Source: an uncultured Bifidobacterium sp. (GTDB lineage Bacteria > Bacteroidota > Bacteroidia > UKL13-3). Taken from it: a DNA stretch of 64,000 nucleotides. The position numbers and the translations under genes are program-made. Shown piece after piece: positions 26,543 through 36,579 of the stretch. The stretch is from assembly GCA_964442045.1 (NCBI GenBank), contig CAYTWI010000006.1:1971-65970 (forward strand), in the 5' to 3' direction. Positions within the stretch are counted from its first letter, which is position 1; the number at the start of each line of letters is the position of its first letter. The notes under the pieces were generated by a model. The model had not been told where the DNA came from and searched no databases. It saw only the letters and a program-made list of their open reading frames with translations.

Positions 26543-27376
26543 ATGAAAAACGTAGAAAAATATGCTGACTTTAATGAAAAAAACACTCTCCATATTAAAA
26601 AAGTCACCTTTAACAATTATACGCATTTAGCTATCTGCCGGTATAAAACAGCAGAAAACAATGTTGTTTTCTTACCCGAAGCCACCCTTACTTTTGTTGC
26701 AAAAGGTGAAAAGTATATGCTTATTGACAACAAAGAATATTACCTGAAAAGTGGCGATTTATTGTATTTACCCAAAAACAGTATTGCATTCAGCCATATT
26801 GTAAAACCTGCTGAGTATTTTGAAAGCATAAATATTGTGCTATCACAGACTTTACTTCAATCATTAAACATAAAATTTACCGGTTTTAGTAAATCTCCCT
26901 TTTTAATAAATCAGGAACAGGCTGTAATAAGCCTTTTTAAAGCGTTAAAGTACCACCAAACCACACATACATTAGATTCATTCAAAAAACAATTCTTACA
27001 TCAGTTAATCCACTTGTGTGCTTCTTTCTTATACAAGGAATCAACACAAAAAGCAATACATGGTGACGACTTAAAAATCATTACCCAGGTTTTAACCGAA
27101 AGCGTTTACAAAAAAATCCCTATTGATAAAATAGCTGAAAAAAGCAATATGAGCTTGTCTACATTCAAGCGGAAATTTGAATCCATATACGGCTTACCTC
27201 CTAAAACATGGCTCAGAAACATATGCTTACAAGCCGCTTACTTTTATTTAAAAACAGAAAAAGCAAGCATAACAGAAGTGTCAAACTTTATTGGCTTTGA
27301 AAACCCTTCACACTTTTCATATGCATTTAAAAAACACTTTAAACAAGCTCCGTCAGCTATTATAAAAATGAACTAA
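26543..27376 (+). CDS. AraC family transcriptional regulator
   Basis: The N-terminus is cupin-like. The C-terminus has a double HTH ('IAEKSNMSLSTFKRKFESIYG' and 'EVSNFIGFENPSHFSYAFKKHF'). Confidence 0.8.
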   Translation: MKNVEKYADFNEKNTLHIKKVTFNNYTHLAICRYKTAENNVVFLPEATLTFVAKGEKYMLIDNKEYYLKSGDLLYLPKNSIAFSHIVKPAEYFESINIVLSQTLLQSLNIKFTGFSKSPFLINQEQAVISLFKALKYHQTTHTLDSFKKQFLHQLIHLCASFLYKESTQKAIHGDDLKIITQVLTESVYKKIPIDKIAEKSNMSLSTFKRKFESIYGLPPKTWLRNICLQAAYFYLKTEKASITEVSNFIGFENPSHFSYAFKKHFKQAPSAIIKMN

Positions 27377-27425
27377 TTTCGATAACCACCCGGCATTCTT
27401 TGGGCTATTTTTGTGCAAAAAAAGT

Positions 27426-27794
27426 ATGATAACAACGGAAAAAGCAAACAAGCTGGCTTCAGAATGGATTGAGTCATGGAATAGCCATAATATAGATAAC
27501 ATTATAGCTCATTATGCAGAAAATGTAGATTTTACATCTCCGTTAATAGTGAATATATTAAATAAAGCAGATGGTCGTTTATTGGGCAAATCGGCCCTTA
27601 AAGATTACTTTTTAAAAGGCCTGGCTGCTTACCCCGATTTAAAATTTGAATTATACCATGTGCTGGCTGGTGTAAATAGCATTGTAATCTATTACAAAAG
27701 CGTAAAAAACTTAATTGCAGCCGAAGTACTTATTTTAAATGAAAAGGAAAAGGTAGAACAATGTATTTGTCATTACAAAGAAATGGGGGAATAA
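27426..27794 (+). CDS. SnoaL/NTF2-like (ketosteroid isomerase-like) protein
   Basis: 'WIESWNSHNIDNIIAHYAENVDFTSP' is typical of the fold. I preferred the ATG at 27426 over the TTG at 27411. Confidence 0.6.
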   Translation: MITTEKANKLASEWIESWNSHNIDNIIAHYAENVDFTSPLIVNILNKADGRLLGKSALKDYFLKGLAAYPDLKFELYHVLAGVNSIVIYYKSVKNLIAAEVLILNEKEKVEQCICHYKEMGE

Positions 27795-27925
27795 AATCCC
27801 TCATTTTACGCTTTTCATATTAATTAAATAAAGGCATTGCAACCAATGCGACATTTATCGTTTTTTGTGTTCATTTAATTGATTACAAACATTTATTGGC
27901 TCAAAAATGACAGGTAATAGTGTGT

Positions 27926-29128
27926 CTAAACCATACTTTTATACCTGTTTCTTTTTAAATGCCTGTGCTGTAAAAAAAACATAGTACCCAATAATAAGCG
28001 AACTGCAAAATAACAGAGTGCATTGTACCAAAACCTCCATTTAATAAAGCCCGGATTGAATTGCGACAATTCAATGGGTGTACATCCTTTTGCAATTATT
28101 TCATCTATTGCCACTTGCGATTGCCTGCAAAATGCATCATCAAAAACTTCCAAATTACACTCAATACTTCCAAAGTCACTTAAGTGGTTTAGGTTATAAG
28201 ACCCAATACACATCCAGTCACTATCTACCAGGGCCAGCTTGCCATGTAAAACACTTTTATTCCACTCAAAAAGCCTGATTCCGGCTTGTAACATATCCGC
28301 GTAAAAATACTGGCTGGCGTGTTTTACCAAACCTACATCAGAAACAGAACTCAAAATTAAATTAACCTGTACACCTCTTTTCGATGCCCTTTTTAAAATT
28401 CTCTTTAGCGAGATAGGAGGAATAAAATAACTAACTACTAAAGTTATTTGTTTTTCTGCGGTCCTTATTTTTTGTTTATACTGTCGTGAAATACCAAATT
28501 TAGCTTGTAACCAGTTGTTTTGCAGCACCCTTGCTTTAATAGGTTCGCTTTCAACATTTTTCTCAGCTGTTTTTATTTTACGCCAAAAATGTTTTTCCTT
28601 TTTTCTAACCGTCCGTAAAACACTGTAGCAAATTTGCAGCAAATCAATAATAACAGCCCCTTCTATAAAAACAGCAAAATCAAGCCACGGAACCTCATCA
28701 GTATATTGACTGTAATTGTTTGAAACATTAATGCCACCAACCAGAGCATATTGCTTGTCAGTACAAATTATTTTATGGTGCAAACGCATGCCCATATGTA
28801 AATAATTGCCAAATTTTATAGGTGAATAAAAGTAAAATGCTATCCCCGCTTTTTTAAATTCCTCTTGCCAGGTTTTATTAAAATTCTTACTCCCATAGGC
28901 ATCAAGTACCATATAAATTTTAACGCCCCTGGCTGCGGCTTTTATTAATAAATCAGCAATAAGGCGCCCGGTAGCATCAGGTTCAAAAATATATAGCTGA
29001 ACGTGTATTTCTTCTTTAGCGGATTCTATTAAATCAACCAGTTTATTGAAAAACAAATGTCCGCTTTCAGTTAACGTTAAACGGTTACCATAACGATACG
29101 GATAAATACCTAGTTTTCTTTGTAGCAT
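27926..29128 (-). CDS. Phospholipase D-family protein / cardiolipin synthase-like
   Basis: It has two HKD motifs, 'HHKIICTDKQYALVGGINVS' and 'HGKLALVDSDWMCIGSYNLN', and a C-terminal TM segment. I preferred the start at MLQRKLG (29128), which removes the overlap with the upstream gene. Confidence 0.8.
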   Translation of the reverse strand: MLQRKLGIYPYRYGNRLTLTESGHLFFNKLVDLIESAKEEIHVQLYIFEPDATGRLIADLLIKAAARGVKIYMVLDAYGSKNFNKTWQEEFKKAGIAFYFYSPIKFGNYLHMGMRLHHKIICTDKQYALVGGINVSNNYSQYTDEVPWLDFAVFIEGAVIIDLLQICYSVLRTVRKKEKHFWRKIKTAEKNVESEPIKARVLQNNWLQAKFGISRQYKQKIRTAEKQITLVVSYFIPPISLKRILKRASKRGVQVNLILSSVSDVGLVKHASQYFYADMLQAGIRLFEWNKSVLHGKLALVDSDWMCIGSYNLNHLSDFGSIECNLEVFDDAFCRQSQVAIDEIIAKGCTPIELSQFNPGFIKWRFWYNALCYFAVRLLLGTMFFLQHRHLKRNRYKSMV

Positions 29129-29148
29129 CAAATTAACTTCATTCGTCT

Positions 29149-29505
29149 TTATTCGCCTTCGTTCAAATAAATAGCTGCCAGCTTTGGCGGAGCCACAGTA
29201 CAATAAGCCGCTATTAAAACGCCCATTAAAATTTCCTTGTTAACCCGTTTCAGGTTTACCAAAGTCCAGCCCTGTTTGCCAAATTTATTGGGTACCGGGT
29301 AAATCATTTCAGGATCTACTAAACAGAGCATAGATTGTTCTTCCTGTGTTAATTTAACACAGCACCTGCGTGCAATGGCATTGTGAGTTGCAAATATTTT
29401 TTTCTTTACTTTATATGCTTTGTGTTCAAAATGTGGAGCCTCTTCCACTTCCGCAAATGATAAAGCATACTTTTTAAAATGCTCGTTAGAAACCATAACG
29501 TTCAT
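29149..29505 (-). CDS. MmcQ/YjbR family protein
   Basis: 'YALSFAEVEEAPHFEHKAYKVKKKIFA' and 'GKQGWTLVNL' resemble the YjbR family. Confidence 0.65.
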   Translation of the reverse strand: MNVMVSNEHFKKYALSFAEVEEAPHFEHKAYKVKKKIFATHNAIARRCCVKLTQEEQSMLCLVDPEMIYPVPNKFGKQGWTLVNLKRVNKEILMGVLIAAYCTVAPPKLAAIYLNEGE

Positions 29506-30061
29506 TTCCTTTTAGCAATGTAAAAACAGCCATATCTAAAAACTTTCCTTCAAAACAAATACGATCCTTAAAATGAGCTTCTTTTTTAAAACCAATTTGT
29601 TCCATTAAAAATATTGCTCCTCTATTATTAGGAGATACTTTTGCCTCAATACTATGCAGGTTCATTTCTTCCAAACCAAACTTTATAATAGCAATAACAG
29701 CCTCTATAGCTATGTTTTTTCCCCAGTATTCTGTAGCCATTTCTCCACCAATTTCCGCACGTAAATTTTGTCTATCAATACTATTAAATCCACAGGTTCC
29801 TATAATTTCGTTGCTATCTCTTAATATACCAGCCCAACCTATGGCTTGCTTATTTTTATACGCCTCAATAGTACGTTCTGCCAAACTCAATGCATCTTCT
29901 TGTTTGCTCATATCTGGTCTGGCTATAAATTCATTCACACGACCATTTGAACGCATATCATAAATACGCTTAGCATCGTCTTTTCTTATTTCTCTGAGAG
30001 TTAATCGTGTTGTTTTGAGTATCGGAAATGCATCAAACACCTCCATATTAAACTTTTCCAT
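29486..30061 (-). CDS. GNAT family N-acetyltransferase (RimJ/RimL-like)
   Basis: 'TTRLTLREIRKDDA' and 'YWGKNIAIEAVIAIIKFGLEEMNLHSIEAKVSPNNRGAIFLMEQIGFKKE' are typical of the family. Confidence 0.8.
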   Translation of the reverse strand: MEKFNMEVFDAFPILKTTRLTLREIRKDDAKRIYDMRSNGRVNEFIARPDMSKQEDALSLAERTIEAYKNKQAIGWAGILRDSNEIIGTCGFNSIDRQNLRAEIGGEMATEYWGKNIAIEAVIAIIKFGLEEMNLHSIEAKVSPNNRGAIFLMEQIGFKKEAHFKDRICFEGKFLDMAVFTLLKGNERYGF

Positions 30062-30064
30062 ACT

Positions 30065-31366
30065 TTATTTTTTAGGTACAAAAGGTCTCGTAATAATTCT
30101 GATAGCGCGTTGGTAACTCACATAATTCCACATCCAGTTTAAAAAAACCACTAACCGGTTCCTGAACCCTACCAACAACATTAAATGAATAAACATCCAA
30201 CCAAGCCACGCTATATAACCCTGCATTTTTATGCCAAAAATTTCAAAAACTGCTTTGTGCCTGCCTATAGTAGCCATGCTCCCCAAATTAAAGTATTTGT
30301 ATGGTTTTAACTCTTTATTTTCCATCAGTTTAAGTAGGTTTTTACCTAACAAAACTCCTTGCTGCTGAGCTACCGTTCCAACCATTGGGTGTCCATTTGG
30401 AAAAGCTTCATCGCTTGTCATATATGCAATATCACCTATGGCAAAAACATTTTTCAAGGTTTCTATCCGGTTAAAAGCATCCACTTTATACCTGTTGCCC
30501 CTCACTATTAAATCAGCCGGAATACCAGGAATCGTTTTTCCTTTTACCCCCGCACTCCAAATAACTGTATCGGTTTTTAAAACATTTCCATTGCTTAAAG
30601 TTAAATTTCCACTTTGCGCATCATAACCTTGCACCGCAGTATTTACCTGCACATGAACACCTAGTTCTTCTAAAAACTGTTGCGCTTTTTTGGATGAAAC
30701 TTCGCTCATGGCTGCTAAAACTCTGGGAGCCGCTTCAATTAAATGCACCTGCATTTTGCTGGCATCTATTTCTTTGTAATCAGCTGGTATTACATTCTTT
30801 TTTATTTCAGCTAAAGAGCCTGCTGTTTCAACGCCTGTTGGCCCCCCACCTACTATTACAAAGTTTAAAAACCGTTCAATATCGCCTGTTTTACTTTCGC
30901 TCAACGCTTTTTCAAACTCCTGCAAAATAACACTGCGTAAGTCCAAAGCATCAGGAATCGACTTCAATTGCATACTATATTTTTCTAACTCAGCATTTCC
31001 AAAAAAATTGGTTTGAGCCCCTGTAGCTATGCATAAATAGTCGTAACTAAACGCACCAATGTTTGTTTTTATCTCATTCTTTTCAAGCAATATCTCTTCC
31101 ACTTCACCCATTCTGAAAGCTATATTGGGCATACTGCCTATAATTTTTCGAAGCGGGTAAGCAATAGCATCAGGGCCTAAGCCACCGGAAGCTACCTGGT
31201 ACATTAAGGGTTGAAAATTGAAATAATTATTTTTGTCTATAACCGTAACCTTAATCGGTTTTTTATTGAGTTTTTTGATTAACTCTAAACCTGCAAAGCC
31301 CCCGCCAATAATAATCAGGTGCGGTGCCTGCATACTTTGATAATGATAATCCATATTGCTATGCAC
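30065..31366 (-). CDS. ndh: Type II NADH:quinone oxidoreductase (NDH-2)
   Basis: It has two dinucleotide-binding motifs, 'IIIGGGFAGLE' and 'VIVGGGPTGVE', plus 'FAIGDIA'. Confidence 0.8.
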   Translation of the reverse strand: MHSNMDYHYQSMQAPHLIIIGGGFAGLELIKKLNKKPIKVTVIDKNNYFNFQPLMYQVASGGLGPDAIAYPLRKIIGSMPNIAFRMGEVEEILLEKNEIKTNIGAFSYDYLCIATGAQTNFFGNAELEKYSMQLKSIPDALDLRSVILQEFEKALSESKTGDIERFLNFVIVGGGPTGVETAGSLAEIKKNVIPADYKEIDASKMQVHLIEAAPRVLAAMSEVSSKKAQQFLEELGVHVQVNTAVQGYDAQSGNLTLSNGNVLKTDTVIWSAGVKGKTIPGIPADLIVRGNRYKVDAFNRIETLKNVFAIGDIAYMTSDEAFPNGHPMVGTVAQQQGVLLGKNLLKLMENKELKPYKYFNLGSMATIGRHKAVFEIFGIKMQGYIAWLGWMFIHLMLLVGFRNRLVVFLNWMWNYVSYQRAIRIITRPFVPKK

Positions 31367-31875
31367 TAATTTATTTGCATTGCAAAGTTTGCAGAATTAA
31401 AAGCAGGTTTACAAGTATTATAAGCATATTTAAACTGTTTTATATCAACATAATGAGTTGGGAAAAACCCTCTACAGTTTAACTTAAGTTTTTGAATTAC
31501 AACGGTTTAAAAAACAAGCATACTACAAATTGCTTCCTTGTTTAAATTAGCAAAGACTTAAAATTAACGCCCCTAAGTGAATCAATTTTAAAAACGGACC
31601 CTAATGCCCACAAAACTCTTTTTGATGCGCTATACGCAAAATAAACAAGGTTTTTTTGCATTTTAAAGATAAGCAACTCCCATTAAGAATAATTTATCAG
31701 TTAATGTTACAACCTTTTCCATCTTTCTTAGTCAAATAAAAACGTAGCTTTGAATGTAAAATAAATTATACTCTTAAACACAATGTGTGTTATAGTGTTA
31801 AGTAATGTAACATATTCTTGTTAGCGTCTCTCCTATTTTCGCATCTAAACAATTTAACTTTTAATATCTACAGTT

Positions 31876-33126
31876 TTGATCAACTATAATCAATTTAAAT
31901 TATCCAACGGACTTACAGTTATTCATCATTTTGATGACAGTACACAGCTGTGTGTGCTAAACATTTTATACAATGTGGGCTCCAAACACGAAGACCCAAA
32001 CAAAACAGGTTTTGCCCACTTGTTTGAGCACTTGATGTTTGGCGGATCGGTAAATATTGAAGATTTTGATGAAGAGCTTCAAAATGCCGGAGGCGAAAGC
32101 AATGCCTTTACCAGCAACGATATTACCAACTACTACCTTACACTGCCGGCACATAATATTGAAACCGGTTTTTGGCTGGAAAGCGACAGAATGCTGAGTT
32201 TAGACTTTAGCCAGGAGAGTTTGGACATACAAAGAAACGTAGTAATAGAAGAATTTAAAGAACGTTATTTAAACCAGCCTTATGGCGATGTTTGGTTAAA
32301 AATATTGCCATTGGCTTATAAAGTGCATCCATATGCATGGCCGACAATTGGTAAAGAAATTAAGCATATTGAGGATGCCAACTTAGATGATGTAAAAGCT
32401 TTTTTCAAAAATTTCTATTGCCCCAACAATGCTGTTTTAGTTGTTGCCGGAAATATAGATTTAGCTGCCTGCAAAGCCCTTGCAGAAAAATGGTTTGAAC
32501 CTATTCCAAGCCAAATAGTAAACAAGCCAAACTACCAGCAGGAACCAAAACAAACGGCACCCAGATTTGAAACAATCCATGCTGACGTACCGCTTGATAT
32601 GATTGTCAAAGCATATCATATGCCCGCCAGAAAAGACCCGGCATACTACGCAGCCGATATGCTAACAGATATTTTAGGAAATGGTAAATCATCGCGTTTT
32701 TATACCGAATTGGTAAAAAAACAAAACTTGTTTAGTGAGCTTGATGCTTACATAAGTGGTGATGTAGAAGCTGGTTTATTACTTATTGAGGGCAAACCCA
32801 GCAAAGGAGTTAGCATGGAAATTGCAGAAAAAGCCATTAATACAGAAATAGAAAAATTAATTACAAACGGGCTTTTAGAAAAAGAATTAGAAAAAATAAA
32901 AAATAAAACTGAAACCAATATAGAGTTTAACAACATGACCGCACTTAATAAGGCCATGAAATTAGCTTATGCCTGGGTACTTGAAGATGTGGGGTTAGTA
33001 AACAAAGAAGCCCAGATGTATCTGAATGTAACAGATAACGATATTATGCAAGTAGCAAAAACCATATTCAATCCTAATAATTGTTCAACCCTTTATTACC
33101 TGGCAAAACAAAATGATACTAAATAG
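31876..33126 (+). CDS. M16 family zinc peptidase (catalytic subunit)
   Basis: The inverted zinc motif HxxEH is present in 'GFAHLFEHLMFGGS'. It has a TTG start, with no in-frame ATG upstream of the conserved 'LSNGLTV'. Confidence 0.85.
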   Translation: MINYNQFKLSNGLTVIHHFDDSTQLCVLNILYNVGSKHEDPNKTGFAHLFEHLMFGGSVNIEDFDEELQNAGGESNAFTSNDITNYYLTLPAHNIETGFWLESDRMLSLDFSQESLDIQRNVVIEEFKERYLNQPYGDVWLKILPLAYKVHPYAWPTIGKEIKHIEDANLDDVKAFFKNFYCPNNAVLVVAGNIDLAACKALAEKWFEPIPSQIVNKPNYQQEPKQTAPRFETIHADVPLDMIVKAYHMPARKDPAYYAADMLTDILGNGKSSRFYTELVKKQNLFSELDAYISGDVEAGLLLIEGKPSKGVSMEIAEKAINTEIEKLITNGLLEKELEKIKNKTETNIEFNNMTALNKAMKLAYAWVLEDVGLVNKEAQMYLNVTDNDIMQVAKTIFNPNNCSTLYYLAKQNDTK

Positions 33127-34393
33127 ACAGAATCCACCAAGCATACAACCCATAGGTAAGTATAATATAAAAGAGGCCCAACACCTTCACTTATCAAATG
33201 GTATAAACCTATATGCAATTAGTGCAGGAGATGAGTCTGTTTTAAAATTAGATATCATTTTCAATGCAGGTATTATTCACCAGAATAAAAAATGCCAGGC
33301 CAACTTTACAGCCCAATTATTAAGCGAAGGAACCAGTAAATATACAGCAGCTGAAATTGCTGAAAATTTAGACTTTTTCGGAGCTTATTTTCAGGCCAGA
33401 TGTAACCTTGACGACAGTGCAATTACCTTGTATTGCTTAACAAAACACCTTGCCAGTTGCCTGCCATATGTTATAGAAGTTTTAAATGATGCCATATTCC
33501 CTGAAGAAGATTTAAGTATTCATAAAAAAAACAGCATCCAAAAATTAAATGTAAATGAGCAAAGAAATTCCTTTCTGGTAAGAAGGGCGTTTAATCAACA
33601 CATTTTTGGAAGCGAAAACGCTTACGGTTCCTTTGCTACTGAACCTGATATAAATGCAATTACGCGCGAAGACTTACTTAGCTTCTACCACAATAACTAT
33701 AAAAATGGCATCAAGTATTTGTTGGTATCAGGCCTTTTAGCCAGCGATACGATAAACATTATTCAAAAGCATTTCGACACGGATAGTTTTAAACCTGCCG
33801 ATATTAAAACTGTAAAGTATGTTCCACATCAACCACAAAGTGAAAATATATTTATTGAAAAGGCTAATTCAGTTCAGTGTTCTATAAGAATAGGAAGAAA
33901 ATTATTCAATAGAAACCATCCTGATTTCAGAGAAATGCAATTGCTTAACCTGATTCTTGGAGGCTATTTTGGTTCCCGCTTAATGAAAAACATACGCGAA
34001 GAAAAAGGCTTAACTTATGGCATTTACTCGGCTTTAGAAGCTTTTCAACAAGACGCGGTTTGGTATATTGATACCGAAATAAACAATGAATTGGCTGAAT
34101 TAGGGGTGAAGGAAATATTAAAGGAAATACAAACATTAAGAGAGGTATTGATTGATGAGCAGGAACTACAAATAGCTAAAAATTATTTGTTAGGTTCTTT
34201 TCTACGAAATACAGAAGGACCATTCAATCTGGCAGACAGGTTCAAAATATTGAAGGACTACAACCTTTCATACAACTATTTCTATGAGTTTATAGAAATA
34301 ATTAAAAACATGCAGGCAAGTCAAATAAAAGATTTAGCCAACAAATACCTTAACGAAAAAGACTTAAGCACCGTTATTGTTGGAGCAAAATAA
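33113..34393 (+). CDS. M16 family peptidase-like protein (no HxxEH, probably the non-catalytic partner)
   Basis: It has the M16 fold pattern, for example 'REEKGLTYGIYS', but lacks the zinc motif. It overlaps the upstream gene by 14 nt. Confidence 0.75.
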   Translation: MILNRQNPPSIQPIGKYNIKEAQHLHLSNGINLYAISAGDESVLKLDIIFNAGIIHQNKKCQANFTAQLLSEGTSKYTAAEIAENLDFFGAYFQARCNLDDSAITLYCLTKHLASCLPYVIEVLNDAIFPEEDLSIHKKNSIQKLNVNEQRNSFLVRRAFNQHIFGSENAYGSFATEPDINAITREDLLSFYHNNYKNGIKYLLVSGLLASDTINIIQKHFDTDSFKPADIKTVKYVPHQPQSENIFIEKANSVQCSIRIGRKLFNRNHPDFREMQLLNLILGGYFGSRLMKNIREEKGLTYGIYSALEAFQQDAVWYIDTEINNELAELGVKEILKEIQTLREVLIDEQELQIAKNYLLGSFLRNTEGPFNLADRFKILKDYNLSYNYFYEFIEIIKNMQASQIKDLANKYLNEKDLSTVIVGAK

Positions 34394-34399
34394 TTATTA

Positions 34400-36139
34400 A
34401 TGAGAAAAATATTCTTCATACTATTCCTTTTTATAAGCTATGTAAGCAGTGGCCAAAACTGCTCACAAATAAGGAGAGTATGTAGAATTGGAAACGATAA
34501 TGAACTATTTTGGAATACACCAGGTGTTCTTCCATGCGGAACATTTAAAGAATATAGAATTTTTGCCCGTGATAAAACAACCGACCCTTTTGTGCAGCTA
34601 CGTATGGAACCAAATATTGGTACGCTCTTCTACAACCATAGCAATGCAAATGTACCCAACAATAAAAATTGGGAGTACTTTATACAAATAGTAAGTGATT
34701 GTGGAGGAGTAGAAAACTACTGCTATACCGACACACAAAACATATCAGTATTTAAACTACCCAAGAGCAATATTGCATTCGTGTCTGTTAATCCGATAAC
34801 AAATGAGCCCATTATTTACTGGGAGAAAAACTCGTACCCAAGCTTCTGGTATATGGATTTGTACAATGACACATTGATAAAAAATGCTATACTTGACACC
34901 TTCTTTGTAGATAATGTTTCACGTGGAAACCCACAACAACAAAGCTTAAAATATGTAATAGCTGCAGTGGATAGTTGTACCAACAGATGGTCATATGATA
35001 TAGCAGACTACCACAAAACCATCCATTTACAAAGCCAAATAGATACTTGCAAAAATATAATTACTTTAAACTGGAGTAAATATGTTGGCTGGAATAATAA
35101 TATTGATAAGCACTATATATATAAAAAAGTTAATAATACTTCATTTATACTAATAGACTCTGTAAACGGAACCAGTTTAGGCTATACTGATAAGTTAATT
35201 AGTTTAAACAATACATATACCTATTATGTAACTGCTGTTAACTCCATTAACAATATTTATAAAAGCAATTCAAATACAATAACCAAAGTAAGTGGTATAA
35301 GAGACAATACAACAGCTATTGTTATTAGTGCGATATCATTAGAAAGCGGTAATATTGAACTAATCGTTAACAAAAGCAATACTTCTGATATTGATACTTT
35401 AATTATACAAAAATCTTTCGATAACACTTCTTTCTTTAACTTTAAAGCCTTAAAGAATCAAACAAGTCCTTTTATATTTAAAGATTTAAACGAAACCGGT
35501 GATAAGCGTGTTTTCTATAAAGTAATTAATAAAACCACTTGTGCTGAATACAAAGACACAACTGTTGCATCAACTAATATTGTTGTTCAAGGCAGTCAAG
35601 AAGCCAGCAAAAATTTAATAAGTTGGAATCACTATTTCACGTGGAACAGTGGAATAGATAAGTATACTTTACTAAGAGAAACAAGGGTTAATAATTTAAT
35701 TATCAATCCATTCAGCCAAATAGCACAAACCCTCGACAGCTTTTATAATGACGACTTAGGAAGTAGTTTTACTGTTGGTAATTCATATTGTTACATGGTA
35801 ATCGGGCAGGAAAAAAACACCGGTTATAAAAGCAAATCGAATGAAGTTTGTTTAATAGGGGGTTTAATAGTGTATTTCCCAGATGGCATAATATCAAGTA
35901 CCGAAAATAGAGTATTTAAACCTATTGGTGTATATATTGATTATAGCAAATCAAACATGATTATATACAATAGGTGGGGTTCAGCCATTAAAAGCATTTC
36001 CGATTTAAACCAGGGTTGGGATTTAACTGATGAAAACAATAACTTTGTGGCCGCTGATACTTACGTATATGAAGCACAAATTGTTGGCTTAGATGGAAAA
36101 CAACTTAGGAAAAGCGGTACCATAACTGTTTTAAGATAG
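34400..36139 (+). CDS. Secreted protein with a gliding-motility-associated / T9SS type-B C-terminal domain
   Basis: It has a signal peptide. The C-terminus 'FPDGIISS..NRVFKPIG...MIIYNRWGSAI...GWDL...ADTYVYEAQIV...GTITVLR' is the CHU_C-type sorting domain. Confidence 0.75.
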   Translation: MRKIFFILFLFISYVSSGQNCSQIRRVCRIGNDNELFWNTPGVLPCGTFKEYRIFARDKTTDPFVQLRMEPNIGTLFYNHSNANVPNNKNWEYFIQIVSDCGGVENYCYTDTQNISVFKLPKSNIAFVSVNPITNEPIIYWEKNSYPSFWYMDLYNDTLIKNAILDTFFVDNVSRGNPQQQSLKYVIAAVDSCTNRWSYDIADYHKTIHLQSQIDTCKNIITLNWSKYVGWNNNIDKHYIYKKVNNTSFILIDSVNGTSLGYTDKLISLNNTYTYYVTAVNSINNIYKSNSNTITKVSGIRDNTTAIVISAISLESGNIELIVNKSNTSDIDTLIIQKSFDNTSFFNFKALKNQTSPFIFKDLNETGDKRVFYKVINKTTCAEYKDTTVASTNIVVQGSQEASKNLISWNHYFTWNSGIDKYTLLRETRVNNLIINPFSQIAQTLDSFYNDDLGSSFTVGNSYCYMVIGQEKNTGYKSKSNEVCLIGGLIVYFPDGIISSTENRVFKPIGVYIDYSKSNMIIYNRWGSAIKSISDLNQGWDLTDENNNFVAADTYVYEAQIVGLDGKQLRKSGTITVLR

Positions 36140-36553
36140 ATGATACAATTCAATAATATAGATACTACATATATAGTTAAAGAGAAAAAGAAGCTTAAGA
36201 GCTGGATTGAACACACAATAAAAAAAGAGATGTTCGATTATTCATTTGTCAACATAAATATCTGTACTGATAAATATTTACTTGAATTAAACATACGTGC
36301 ACTTCAACACGATTATTATACCGATATTATAACTTTTGAATTAAATGAAAAAGGTGAACCTATAGAAGGTGATTTATACATTAGTATTGATAGGGTGAAA
36401 GAAAATGCAAAAATCGAAAAGGTAAGCACAGAAAAAGAATTAAGAAGGGTGGTTATACATGGCATACTTCACCTTTGTGGATACAAAGACAAAACAAAAA
36501 AAGAAAGTTTAACCATTAGAGAAAAAGAAAATTACTACTTGAACAAGGTGTAA
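36140..36553 (+). CDS. ybeY: rRNA maturation endoribonuclease YbeY
   Basis: The zinc motif 'HGILHLCGYKD' is present. The ATG abuts the upstream stop. Confidence 0.85.
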   Translation: MIQFNNIDTTYIVKEKKKLKSWIEHTIKKEMFDYSFVNINICTDKYLLELNIRALQHDYYTDIITFELNEKGEPIEGDLYISIDRVKENAKIEKVSTEKELRRVVIHGILHLCGYKDKTKKESLTIREKENYYLNKV

Positions 36554-36554
36554 A

Positions 36555-36568
36555 GTTTCACGTGAAAC
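36555..36568. promoter_or_regulatory. Perfect 14-bp palindrome GTTTCACGTGAAAC between ybeY and mnmG
   Basis: The sequence is self-complementary and lies 12 nt upstream of the mnmG ATG. Confidence 0.3.
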
Positions 36569-36579
36569 ATTAAATAAAT

